In this document: piece after piece, positions 26,568 to 38,567 of the stretch
Layout: every line of letters begins with the position of its first letter
Position numbering within the stretch: the stretch's first letter is position 1
Source of the DNA: Octopus sinensis
Lineage: Eukaryota
Direction: 5' to 3'
DNA length: 64,000 nucleotides
NCBI RefSeq assembly: GCF_006345805.1
Contig: NC_043005.1
Location: 15,996,001-16,060,000, forward strand
The notes under the pieces: generated by a model
The model's database searches: none
Told to the model about the DNA's origin: nothing
Seen by the model: the letters and a program-made list of their open reading frames with translations, nothing else
Made by a program: the position numbers and the translations under genes

Positions 26568-27437
26568 ACAGGGTGCGTAAGATATTTGAGTACAGATTTA
26601 TGTTTATAAAAAAACATATAATATCAGATAATACTTTATTTATCAAAAAAATGCTATGAGGATAAAAATAGACCTTTTCTATAATTTTATCAATAAAGCC
26701 ACCCCCACCTTCAACAACTGCTTCTATATGAGATCTAGGGATTGCTGACAATCCTAAACCATAACAGTTGCAGGAAATTTTGTATGCATAACACTTGAAA
26801 TTTCAGAAGGGTCTGCACATAACCATCTGTCATTTCTTCTATTAACGTTTTGATCTTTGTCGAAGTTTTTCTCGTTTGAGAAAATCCAAGTCAAATGTTT
26901 TGCTGGATTTTTCAGTTTGTTTAAAAGCCTTTTAGATCTGATGTAGCGATGTTTTTTTGCTTTTTCCGACAAACTGACCTTTCCTCATCATATAAGACTT
27001 ATATATGATGTCTTCGTGGACAACATTTCTGACTGTTTCTTCTGACACATGGAGATCTTTTGCAGTTGACCTCATGGACTTTCTGGGTTTGTAATCAATG
27101 GTCTGTTGAATTTGCTGGATATATTCAAGTGTTCTGATGATTTCAGAGCGCTTAGAATGCTTTTTATGCTTTAATACTGGTAATAAATTTCCATCTTCGG
27201 TCACTAACTCCTTACAAACTTTGTAGACGAAAGATCTGGCAACTTTTAAAACTTGAGATATTTCTAAATCACTATGCTCAGTCCTTTATGACCACAATAA
27301 CAGCATGTCTCTTCATTTCTTGAGTAAGCTGACGGTCTGCCATTATTATTTTCTGAAACAAAGATTGTACAAATTTAGCAAAAAATGCAGCAATGAACCC
27401 CCCAAAAGTATGTCCTCAAATATCTTACGCACCCTAT
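26568..27437 (-). mobile_element. Tc1/mariner-superfamily deletion derivative
   Basis: TIR (A)CAGGGTGCGTAAGATATTTGAG at 26568-26590, inverted at 27415-27437, in a TA context. Transposase remnant WIFSNEKNFDKDQNVNRRNDRW...KFPATVMV. Confidence 0.85.
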
Positions 27438-27877
27438 ATATATATATCAGACTCATTAAGGCATCAGGAAAAATAATTTGTGGTATTTGGTTGCATCTGT
27501 TCTAAGTTCCAATCTTGGCCAAGATCAATTTGCTCTCTTCATCTTCCCGGGGTCGATGCAATAAATGCTGGAGTCGATGGAATCGAATTATATCCTACAA
27601 AACAGTGCTCCAGCATGGTAAGTGTCCAGTGAATGAAACCAATAAAATAATCATTGCTAACATTGTCACAGAGCCTCAGATTTTGAAGAGTGAGGGATAT
27701 TCCAAAATGCGGATCACAATACTTGATTTCTATCTTTTGACATCATCTCCGAAAGGATGAGAGGCAATGGTGACTCGGGGCTACATTTGAACTCAGAACC
27801 TGAAGGACCGTAACTAAATGCAGCAAGGCGTTTTCTGAGATATGATAATAATCCTATCATTGTACACATTCTACTCT

Positions 27878-27917
<40 letters not shown>

Positions 27918-27959
27918 ACGCACACGCACGCACACACACATACTCACACACACGTACGC

Positions 27960-28312
27960 ACACATACATACATACATACATACATACATACATACGTACA
28001 TACGTAAGTACGGACGTATGTCTTCTTTTCACTTTTATTTAATGTATGCATGTATGTATGTATGTATGTATGTATGTACATATGTATGTATGTATGCATG
28101 TATGTACGTATGTATGTATGTATGTACGTATGTATGTATGTATGCATGTATGTACGTATGTATGTATGTATGTATGCATGTATGTGTGTATGTATGTATG
28201 TATGTATGTATGTATGTATGTATGTATGTATGTATGTATGTATGTATGTATGTATGTATGTATGTATGCATGTATGCATGTATGCATGTATGTATGTATG
28301 TATGTATGTACG

Positions 28313-28346
<34 letters not shown>

Positions 28347-28993
28347 TGTATGTACGTACGTATGTATGTATGTATGTATGTATGTATGTATGTATGTATG
28401 TATGTACGTATGTATGTTGTATGTATGTATGTATGTATGTATGTATGTACGTACGTATGTATGTATGTATGTATGTATGTATGTATGTATGTATGTATGT
28501 ACGTACGTACGTATGTATGTATGTATGTATGTATGTATGTATGTATGTATGTATGTATGTATGTATGTACGTACGTATGTATGTGTATGTATGTATGTAT
28601 GTATGTATGTATGTATGTATGTACGTACGTACGTATGTATGTATGTATGTATGTATGTATGTATGTATGTATGTATGTACGTACGTATGTATGTATGTAT
28701 GTATGTATGTATGTATGTACGTACGTACGTATGTATGTATGTATGTATGTATGTATGTATGTATGTATGTATGTATGTACGTATGTATGTATGTATGTAT
28801 GTATGTATGTATGTATGTATTTATGTATGTATGTATGTATGTACGTACGTATGTATGTATGTATGTATGTATGTATGTATGTATGTATGTATGTATGTAT
28901 GTACGTATGTATGTATGTATGTATGTATGTATGTATGTATGTATGCATGTATGTATGTACGTATGTATGTATGTACGTATGTATGTATGTATG

Positions 28994-29027
<34 letters not shown>

Positions 29028-29668
29028 TGTACGTACGTATGTATGTATGTATGTATGTATGTATGTATGTATGTATGTATGTACGTACGTATGTATGTAT
29101 GTATGTATTTATGTATGTATGTATGTATGTATGTATGTATGTATGTATGTATGTATGTATGTATGTATGTATGCACGTATGTATGTATGTATGTATGTAT
29201 GTATGTATGTATGTATGTACGTACGTATGTATGTAGTATGTATGTATGTATGTATGTATGTATGTATGTATGTATGTATGTATGTATGTATGTACGTATG
29301 TATGTATGTATGTATGTATGTATGCATGTACGTATGTATGTATGTATGTATGTATGTATATATATATATATGAATGTATGTATATATGTATGTATTTATG
29401 CATGTATGTATGTATGTATGTATGCCTGTATGTATGTATGTATGTATGTATGTATGCATGCATGTATGTATGCATGTATGTATGTATGTATGTATGTATG
29501 TATGTATGTATGTATGTATGTATGCATGCATGTATGTATGCATGTATGTATGTATGTATGTATGTATGTATGTATGTATGCATGTATGTATGCATGCATG
29601 TATGTATGCATGTATGTATGTATGTATGTATGTATGTATGTATGTATGCATGTATGTATGTATGTATG
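27960..29668. repeat. (CATA)n followed by about 1.6 kb of (TATG)n microsatellite with TACG/TGCA variants
   Basis: Directly visible. It is the source of the spurious HTYI/MYVC ORFs. Confidence 0.97.
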
Positions 29669-30505
29669 TCTTCTTTTCACTTTTTATTTAATAGCATTCT
29701 TTCTAGAATGAAGAAGCTGGTCAGCAGTAAAGAAGCAAAAGCTGAGAATTTGGATGACAACAGCAATAATTGTTACCCATCGAACTTTAAGAAAGCCTTG
29801 CATATTTTTACTGTTTCATTTATAGATTGTATTTGTAAAGTTCGTGTTTCCCAGGCTGTTTCTTTGCTTGAAAAAAAAAATCCCGGCTTCTCCAGGTTGT
29901 GATTTAGATAATTTACTAACATAAGTTAATTAATGATTATTGCTATGAATATAAATTTATGATCAAGGTAGTGAAGTTGCAAGTTTCGAAGCGGTTGTCC
30001 AACAGATTTTCTATCTCTCGCTGATTTTGGAAGAGTTGTTCACGTCTGCTGGACTCGCAACCCCTATGACTCTTTATGACTTTGTCTTTTCCGTCCCAAA
30101 TAACTACACCAGTCTGTTATATTGAAACAATCGGCACTTGTGGTTGTATCTTGGGATTTTAAGGGCTTCCTCTTCTCGTTTGTTCATGAGACATTTTACA
30201 GCTATCTTCCACTCTTGGATCGCGAAAGCATAGCTTTACGTGATCTAACTGCTATGAGTCCACGAGAGGCTACACTTCATGTTAGTATTGTTTTCTTGGG
30301 GGAAACATATCCATGCATAACCTTTTTGTGGCATGTAGAGTATTTGTTTTTCAGGCATTTGCTGAGATAAGCTACGAGTTCTCCACTTGTGTATTTGTAT
30401 GAGAGGTCATCAGGAAGCGAGTGTTTCTCAGGAATTCACTGCCGCCTCGCAGGATGTTGTTCACTTCATTTTCAGCACTTGATTATTGCATTTATTTAGC
30501 ACGTG

Positions 30506-31439
30506 CTGTCTGGGTGATATCATACAACGCTCAAAGGCTGTCTGGGTGATATCATACAACGATCAAAGGATATCTGGGTGATATCATACAACGCTCAAAG
30601 ATTGTCTGGGTGATATCATACAATGCTCAAAGGCTGTCTGGGTGATATCATACAACGCTCAAAGGCTGTCTGGGTGATATCATACAACGCTCAAAGGCTG
30701 TCTGGGTAATATCATACAACGGTCAAAGGCTGTCTGGGTGATATCATACAACGCTCAAAGGCTGTCTAGGTGATATCATACAACGGTCAAAGGCTGTCTG
30801 GGTGATATCATACAATGTTCAAAGGCTGTCTGGGTGATATCATTCGGCGCACAAAGGCTGTCTGGGTGATATCATACGGCGCTCAAAGGCTGTCTGGGTG
30901 ATATCATACAACGGTCAAAAGCTGTCTGGGTGATATCATACAACGGTCAAATCTGTCTGGGTGATATCATACAATGTTCAAAGGCTGTCTGGGTGATATC
31001 ATTCAACGGTCAAAGGCTGTCTGGGTGATATCATACAATGTTCAAAGGCTGTCTGGGTGATATCATACAACGCTCAAATGCTATCTGGGTGATATCATAC
31101 AACGGTCTAAGGCTGTCTGGGTGATATCATACAATGTTCAAAGTTTGTCTGGGTGATATCATACGGCGCACAAAGGCTGTCTGGGTGATATCATACAATG
31201 CTCAAAGGCTGTCTGGGTGATATCATACGGCGCTCAAAGGCTGTCTGGGTGATATCATACAATGCTCAAAGGCTGTCTGGGTGATATCATACGGCGCTCA
31301 AAGGCTGTCTGGGTGATATCATACGGCGCTCAAAGGCTGTCTGGGTGATATCATACGGCGCTCAAAGGCTGTCTGGGTGATATCATACGGCGCTCAAAGG
31401 CTGTCTGGGTGATATCATACAACGCTCAAAGGCTGTCTG
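30506..31439. repeat. 32-bp minisatellite, 29 full units plus a partial unit
   Basis: Consensus CTGTCTGGGTGATATCATACAACGCTCAAAGG, head-to-tail with no spacers. One unit is 31 bp (30922). Confidence 0.97.
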
Positions 31440-31479
31440 TTATGATCTTAAGTCTCTCCCTCGATTTCGCTGTTTCTGT

Positions 31480-31853
31480 AGGAATTTGGGTCAGTGTCGG
31501 ATCTTGCGGGGTTTTATGTCTATGGAACGGATTTCTATAGACCAGTGGAGTATTCCAAATGTTAGCAAGAGTACGGGTTCTGTAAATAAATTGTTAGATA
31601 TTGTCTCGTCATAAGAGTAAAGATAAGACTGCCATATCATTTTAAGTTTGGTATAACATTCTTTGGTTATTCTATTCGTGTTTATGATATGTTTGAAGGA
31701 AATACTTATATCGATACCTAGGTAGTCATTGTACATACTGTGTGGGACAGTAGAGGCAGAGAGTGACTGTTGAGGCAAGGCTTTAGTAATTGGAGCAACA
31801 TGTGTTCCACGTTCATTTATTAAATATGAATATATCTTTTGGCCAAACTCCAT
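31480..31853 (-). pseudogene. Old R4-like LINE RT C-terminal fragment
   Basis: YLGID...ITKECYTKLKMIWQS...VLLLTFGILHW...IDIKPRK parallels YLGIHE...IKKEYYRRVRSIL...VISYSYNILNW...IDRKTRK of the element at 19850. Confidence 0.65.
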
Positions 31854-31983
31854 TCCAATATCAGCAGAAAATATAATTAAATCCAGTTATTTTAGGCGTT
31901 GTAAATATTTCGGAGAGAGACCATTAAATCATCTACGAAGAAATCATGGGTTATAGTAATAGATCTTGTTGCAGACATTACTC

Positions 31984-32392
31984 TCTTACTCTTTTATTTG
32001 TTTCAGTCATTTGACTGCGCCCATGCTGGAGCACCACATTTAGTCAAGCAAATCGACCCCAGGACTTATTCTTTGTGAGCCTAGTACTTATTCTATCGGT
32101 CTCTTTTGCCGAACTGCTAAGTTACGGCGACGTATACACACCAGCGTCGGTTGTCAAGCGATGTTGGTGGTAGAGGTGGGGGAAACACAGACACACAAAG
32201 ACATACACATATATATACATATACATATATATGACGGGCTTCTTTCAGTTTTCGTCTACCAAATCCACTCACAAGGCTTTGGTCGGCCCGAGGCTTATAG
32301 TAGAAGACACTTGCCCAAGGTGCCACGCACTGGGACTGAACCCGGAACCATGTGGTTGGTAAGCAAGCTACTTACCACACAGCCACTCCCGC
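31984..32392 (-). mobile_element. SINE family A
   Basis: Full head, B box and tail. Confidence 0.9.
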
Positions 32393-32396
32393 GCCT

Positions 32397-32590
32397 GGAG
32401 TTTGGCCAAAAGTTGTATTCATATTTAATAAATGAACGTGGAAAACGTGTCGCTCCAATTTCTAAGGCCTTGTGTCAATAGTCACTCTTTGTCTCTAATG
32501 TTCCACAAAATATGTACAATGAATACCTCGGTATTGATATAAATATTTCCTTCAACCATATCATAAACAAGAATAGAGTAACATTAAGAC
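32397..32590 (+). pseudogene. Second diverged copy of the 31660-31853 LINE fragment, opposite orientation
   Basis: GGAGTTTGGCCAAAAG..TATTCATATTTAATAAATGAACGTGGAA is shared with the reverse complement of 31660-31853. Confidence 0.7.
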
Positions 32591-32719
32591 ATAACCAATG
32601 GATTTGCGGGCGCGAAATTACTTGATTTGGGTCAAAGTGTACAGAAGTACAGGCAGACCTTCATGTTGGAATATTCTTGTTAGAATATTGATTTCAGATT
32701 TTGTTATAAGATTATCAAT

Positions 32720-32895
32720 TTCGGAGGAGGGGGGCAGCCGATTAATTACATTGGTCCCTGTGCTCAACTGGTATTTATTTCATCGACCCCGAATAGATGA
32801 TAGGCAAAGTCGACCTTGGCGGCGTTTGAGCTCAGAACACAAAGATAGGCGAAATGCTTCGAAGCATTTTGTCCGGCATGGTAACGATTCTCCGT
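32720..32895 (-). mobile_element. Diverged SINE family B variant
   Basis: GGCAAAGTCGACCTTGGCGGCGTTTGAGCTCAGAAC...GGTAACGATTCTCC. Confidence 0.7.
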
Positions 32896-33189
32896 TGAAA
32901 TGTTAATAAAATGTATGTATGTATGTATGTATGTATGTATGTATGTATGTATGTATGTATGTATGTATGTATGTGTATGTGTTTGTGTGTATTGTAGCTT
33001 CCAAGTATGGCCACATTTTGCGCTTCCCATTGACTTTCATTGCATTGAGTTTTGTTATTTTAATAAGTTTAAGACGTTGTTGCGCTCTCTGAAACTCCTC
33101 ATTATGGTGAGGGTCAAGCAAATGAACCTGCTTATGGATATACTATCTTTTGTAGAGGCCTACCTAAGGGTCAGCGTAGATAATCTGAT

Positions 33190-34140
33190 GTTGGGTTTGC
33201 TCTCAAGAATACATTAACATCCTCCATTGCAGAGCTTCCAAGTGGTGTATCTGAACGGATCATGTCATGCTGTATTAAACTAACAAAAGATAGGTTTCTT
33301 ACCGTTGCCAGTATTTATGCACCAACATTGTCCCATTCTGATGAAACTGTAGGACAGTTTTATGACGATGTAGCGCAATTATTGAGGAAAGTACCAATTT
33401 CTGACAAGCTGATCATATTGGGAGATTTCAATGCAAGAGTTGGAAAGGACTATGTTTCATATTTCTTTACTGCCCCAAAGGGGCTACACATAGAGGAGAC
33501 AAACAAGAACAGACAAACGGATTAAGTCGATTACATCGGCCTAGTGCGTAACTGGTGCTTATTTAATCGACCCCGAAAGATGAAAGGTCAAGTCGACCTC
33601 GACGGAATTTGAACTCAGAATGTAGCGGCAGACGAAATACCGCGAGGCATTTCGCCCGCCGTGCTAACGTTTCTGCCAGCTCGCCGCCTTTTTATGTCCT
33701 ATGTTTCATGTCCTGTTTTAGGTTGACATGGGAGTGGAAAATGTTATAAAAATGGAGTAGCTCTTTTGACGCTTTGTACTGAGAATAATCTAGTTGTCAC
33801 CAACACTCAATTTAAGCAGAAAAATAAATATGAAACCACCTGGATACACCCAGGATCTAAGCACTGGCATCTCATAGATTATATTCTGATCAAAAAACGT
33901 GATATGAAAGACGTTTCTAGCGTTCGGGCCACGAGAGGGGCAGAGAGCTGGACTGGTCATCATCTAGTGCGAAGGTAGAATATTTTTCTGCACTTTTGAA
34001 TAGACCATCATCGCTGACATGAGGACGATAGAAAAAACTGAACACCTTCCAGTTATAGATCAGATGGCATTAGAACCAACTCTAATTGACATTTATTTAG
34101 CTATTAATAAACTGAATAACAATAAGTCTCCAAGGTCTGT
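33190..34140 (+). pseudogene. RTE-clade LINE endonuclease (APE) fossil, split by a SINE
   Basis: IYAPT...FYDD...IILGDFNARVGKD, then LCTENNLVVTNTQF...TWIHPGSKHWHLIDYIL. Confidence 0.85.
33461..33690 (-). mobile_element. SINE family B inserted in the RTE fossil
   Basis: Full copy. Probable TSD CTATGTTTCAT at 33450-33460 and 33699-33709. Confidence 0.88.
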
Positions 34141-34144
34141 AGCT

Positions 34145-35520
34145 AATTCTAAGGAAAATAGGTTGCCCAGAAAAATTTGTAAACATGATCGGGCTTTCCT
34201 TCCTGGAAAGTGGACCTGGCACATTTATCAAGACAAGATTCCATCCCGATGTCATTACTGAATGCTTTCACAGTACGTAGTAGTCCTTCAAGCTCATTAA
34301 CGTCTTTTCCATAGAGTTTTAAGTCATCCATATATAATAGATGATTTATGTTCTTGTCGCCAATTTTATATCCATGCCTTGTTCTGTTAAGTTCATTTGT
34401 AAGGAGTATTAGGATTATGCGAAAAATTACAGGTGAAAGTGAGTTACCTTGGAAAATGCCACAGTTGTTATGGCAGTTCTCAAGGATCATGCGATTGTTA
34501 AGAGTTGGTCTTTGTATCCAAGGAGCCTCGTAGGCACCCTTATTGTTCAGTCGGGAAAATATCGTTCTGTTCCATAAATTTGCATGTCTTCTCCACGAGG
34601 ATGGATGTTAAAATTTTATACGTGGTAGATAGACATGTGATGGGACGGTAATTTTTAGGGAAATTTTGTTTCATTATTCTTCGGGAGTAGGTAAGTAATA
34701 CCTCTTACTAACCAATCAGTCTTCAAATACTGTTTCTTTACCACTTTCCTCGCTATTTTATCAGGTTCATACAATTTATTTCTTCAGACGTTTGCGTGTT
34801 CTGATTAGATGTCAATCTTTAAGACTCGTGGAGAGTTGCTCTCTTCGTCTGGTTCTCCATTTCCTTTCTGTCTTATATTTAGGTCATTTTCCGCTGCGTG
34901 CTTGATCGCAATCATTTCACTATCTGTGAGTCTTTTATTCTTGAAGATATCTCTCCTAACATTTGCTAACTTGTATAGTCTGCTGTCTTGATTTCGTGTT
35001 CTCTATATTTGATAAGAGTGTGCGGTGTGTTTCTCTTCAGACGGCCTGCCTAATGCAAAGTAATAGGTGTATATTATTTCTGTATACTCCTCGCGGATCC
35101 ATTTGATTCTCTTACATTTTTCTTTCTGTAGTGGGTGTGGTGGAGGGCTCGAGTTGGGTTCAGTTCCTGTTCTAGTGACCGTCCAGGTTCTTATTTTGAG
35201 AAGAGTTTGTTCCAGAGGATGACGATGACTTTTCGATCCCAGGCTGGCTCTCTCCTGGGGGGACGCGCTTCCAGATTAACTATAGGACAAGCGACTTGGT
35301 ATACTGTTGTAGTTTTCCTTTTTGTTTCGTAAGACATATTTGTGTTACATTAAAATTATTGGTATTGAGCCCTGTGCGGCAGATGTAGAGACGGTTGTTG
35401 CCTGTGCCACAATTGTCAACTCCGCCATTAATACCGTTACAATTACTTTAACCTTCCCATTACAGCATTGTTCATCGTTAGTTATCAATAATAGTGCCTT
35501 GATCTAACCTGTGTAGCCAT
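34145..35520 (-). pseudogene. Degenerate R4-like LINE (N-terminal region and RT)
   Basis: GIFQGNSLSP...HLLYMDDLKLYG in 34149-34490. An RPITCLSTTYK-like segment lies near 34640. Confidence 0.8.
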
Positions 35521-35559
35521 GGTGACAGCATAACCGTTACTTAGTTAAGTCTGCCATCT

Positions 35560-36490
35560 GTGTTCCTAATATGGCATACTATAATGTTATAGATTTTGAA
35601 CGTATGCCTGGTGTTACTCAGTTCGTTTGTGAGTAGGCCAGTGCCATGCAAAAGAGTAATGGGGAGAGGGAGTCTTCTTGAAAGATGCCTCGTTTGATGT
35701 TGATGTTGTTAGATTGGCTCATACCATTACTATGGTTTAGAACAGTAGTTCCCAAACTATGAGTTGCGACCTACAGATGAGTCTCGAACGGAATCTTAGT
35801 GGGTCGCAAAAAGTTATAAAATTACGCATTAGCTTTGATTAACTGCTGTCTATCGAGATAGTTCAAGACTTTACCTGATGTTAATTCTATTATTGAGCGT
35901 TGCAAGAAACAGGCTCATCCTTCTCACAGGCCTCACTGAAGATGTAATCTGAAATAAATTTGTTAATTTCATTAATGTTTTTACTCAGAAGAGTTAAGTG
36001 GGTCGTCATAAACTGATGTGACAAATAGTGGGTCGCGTCTCTAAAAAGTTTGGGAACAACAGGTATAGAAGATGTGTATTCCACTTGGCCATGCTACCTT
36101 GTAAGAACTTGAAGACTACAGGAGAGATTTTGTATATCTCAAGGGCCTTGAGTAGCCGATTATGTGGGACACTATCAAACGGCTTTATGTAGTCTATCGA
36201 TGTCATACCCAGGTTCTTCTTGTTGCTCCAGCAATTATCTACGGTCATTTTATTTATGAGTAATTGATCTTTGCATCCATAAGAATTCCTTTTACAACCT
36301 TTTTGAGCTTGTGGAAAGATAGAGTTCTGTTTCAGGAAAGCGTATATTCTTTCAGTTAGTATGGATATGAGGATCTTGTAGGTGATGTTGAGAGATGTAA
36401 TTAGATTTTTCATGTCTTCAGTTTTTGGTAGAAGGTATGTTGTTCCTTCGGTCAGCCAGGCAGGTATTTGCTCAGGGTCCTGGATGCTAT
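35560..36490 (-). pseudogene. Another degenerate R4-like RT fragment, interrupted by a hAT MITE
   Basis: IPAWLTEGTTYLLPK...QKGCKRNSYGCKDQLLINK...DSVPH in 36063-36490. GIFQEDSLSPLLFCMAL-like segment near 35640-35700. Confidence 0.8.
35743..36062. mobile_element. hAT-derived MITE (320 bp)
   Basis: TIRs CAGTAGTTCCCAAACT and AGTTTGGGAACAACAG. 8-bp TSD GTTTAGAA / GTATAGAA (7 of 8 match). Confidence 0.8.
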
Positions 36491-37038
36491 TATTATTATT
36501 ATCCAAGGCCTCATCAACCTTTTCAAGTGAAACTTGAAAAGGAAGATGAGAGTAGAGAAGGAAGTGATGTCTGATAGCCAGTTTATTGAAAGGTGGGTGA
36601 ATGTCGCAAGAATGGCCAGTATGAACGGACCAATTCTGAGGATACACTTGTGAAAATTAAAAGGAAATATAAAAGGAGAAAGGGGCTCTCTACCCACCTT
36701 TTGACCAGGCTCCCGTGGCTTTTATGGGTTTTTCCACGAGTAACCTTTCGAAGCGCCTCCCCCTATTGGGAGTGTTAATTGTTATGGAAAAACCCATAAA
36801 AGCCACGGGAGCCTGGTCAAAAGGTGGGTAGAGAGCCCCTTTCTCCTTTTATATTTCCTTTTAATTCTCACGGTGTATCCTCAGAATTGTTCCATTCATA
36901 CTGGCCATTCTTGCGACATTCACCCACCTTTCAATAAACTGGCTATCAGACATCACTTCCTTCTCTACTCTCATCTTCCTTTTCAAGTTTCACTTGAAAA
37001 GGTTGATGAGGCCTTGGATAATAATAATGGCATCCAGT
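36480..37038. repeat. Inverted repeat, arms about 255 bp (36480-36736 and 36785-37038), 48-bp spacer
   Basis: Near-perfect reverse complement by inspection. The arm sequence resembles an L2/CR1-type LINE C-terminus (HGVSSEL; NKL.SDITSFSTL..FKFHLK), with a 3' UTR continuing to about 37180. Confidence 0.9.
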
Positions 37039-37194
37039 AATGGTATTTCATTGTTATCCTGATTTTGTACACAGACTTTTTCAAACGGACAAAACCCTTT
37101 GTAACTTTCGTCCTGTGTTTTGTCCCTTTATCTTTTAATTGATTTTTGTTAGCCCTTGTGGCCAATAAACGAATAAATTATTATTATTATTATT

Positions 37195-37228
<34 letters not shown>

Positions 37229-37914
37229 TTGTTGTTACTATTATTATTATTACTATTATTATTGTGTTACATCAAGTTACTCTGACCATGGAACCAACGC
37301 TGCAAAAGTTTACATCGGCTTTCAGAATTTTCTCAGGCAATTTTTTAATATTTTTATAATTATTCAGACATTATCGAGAATCAGTTTCCAAAATTCTCAC
37401 TGTCTCTTCTAATTAATGGAGGCACGGTTATTTTCCCTCGCTGTTTGTAGGCAGAGGGAAAATATTTCTAATTAAGAATGTCAATATGCGTATGTTTTTG
37501 GTGAGTGAAGTACGGGGTGAGGCGGGGCGGGGGAAATATGACAGCTTTCAACGTTTTAAAGCCAAAGTTTTTGTCAGTATTGAAAATAAGCGCTTGCCAA
37601 AGCAAAAACGCTGTCACTCAATCTTTCTCCTTCGCTATTTTCATCAACAAAACTTCCCACCTTTTCTAGCCAACAACGCAAACATCACCACCGCTGCCGC
37701 CGCCACCATCACAGCAAAAAGCAGTCCGAAATGGAAGGGTAAATCTTAATCCAGATACGGCACAAAACCATGGGGATCTTTGTTCTTCGAATCACTATCT
37801 CCAATTTTGTTCCAATTGTTTTCAAATTAGGTAAATAGATTAAGTTTTGTATATTAATTATGAAAATGAAAATAATTTTTCCTATAAATTTATAATTAAA
37901 ATGTCCTCCCCAGG

Positions 37915-38052
37915 GGCGTAGGTGTGGCTGTGTGGTAAATAGCTTGCTTAGTACTAGGCTTACAAAGAATAAGTCCAGGGGTCGATTTGCTCGACTAAAG
38001 GCGGTGCTCCAGCATGGCCGCACCCAAATGACTGAAACAAGTAAAAGAGTAA
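37915..38052 (+). mobile_element. SINE family A with head fused directly to tail
   Basis: GGCTGTGTGGTAAATAGCTTGCTT joins AGTACTAGGCTTACAAAGAATAAG...GACTGAAACAAGTAAAAGAG. Confidence 0.8.
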
Positions 38053-38264
38053 CCATTAAAGTTTGTAAAATGTCTTTCACCCCCCCCCTTCTCGCTACAG
38101 TGACAGATGATGGAAGAGGCAGCGAACCCGCTGTTTTCTGATTGGCTGAAAATTCTGAAAATTATCAAACTTTGAACACCTGTAACATTTTCGCAAATTT
38201 TTTCTAGAATAAATAAATAACAATTTCGGATTTAGCGTCACAAATTACATTAACTCTCTTTTTA

Positions 38265-38567
38265 CTCTTTTTACTCTTTTACTCTTTTACTCTTGTTTCA
38301 GTGATTTGACTGCGGCCATGCTGGAGCACCACTTTTAGTCGAGCAAATCGACCCCAGGACTTTCTTTGGAAGCCTAGTACTTATTCTATCGGCGACGTAA
38401 ACACAGCAGCATCGGTTGTCAAGCGATGTTGGGTGGACAAACACAGTCACACAAACATATACACACACACACATATACACATATACACATATATACAAAT
38501 ATTCGACGGGTTTCTTTCAGTTTCCGTCTACCAAATCCACTCACAAGGCTTTGGTCGGCCCGAGACT
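38265..38567 (-). mobile_element. SINE family A, partial
   Basis: (CTCTTTTA)n tail and body up to GGCTTTGGTCGGCCCGAG. Confidence 0.85.

Noticed and set aside
27944-29902. Long ORFs of 400-550 aa (HTYI/MYVC repeats)
   Set aside because: They are translations of the stop-free (TATG)n microsatellite, not genes.
30506-31439. CRISPR-like array (32-bp repeats)
   Set aside because: Units are head-to-tail with no spacers, there are no cas genes, and the context is eukaryotic.
36668-36720. CTGAGGA...GAAA in the 36.5-kb inverted repeat as a hammerhead
   Set aside because: Helix I cannot form and helix II is mismatched. The region is LINE coding fossil.
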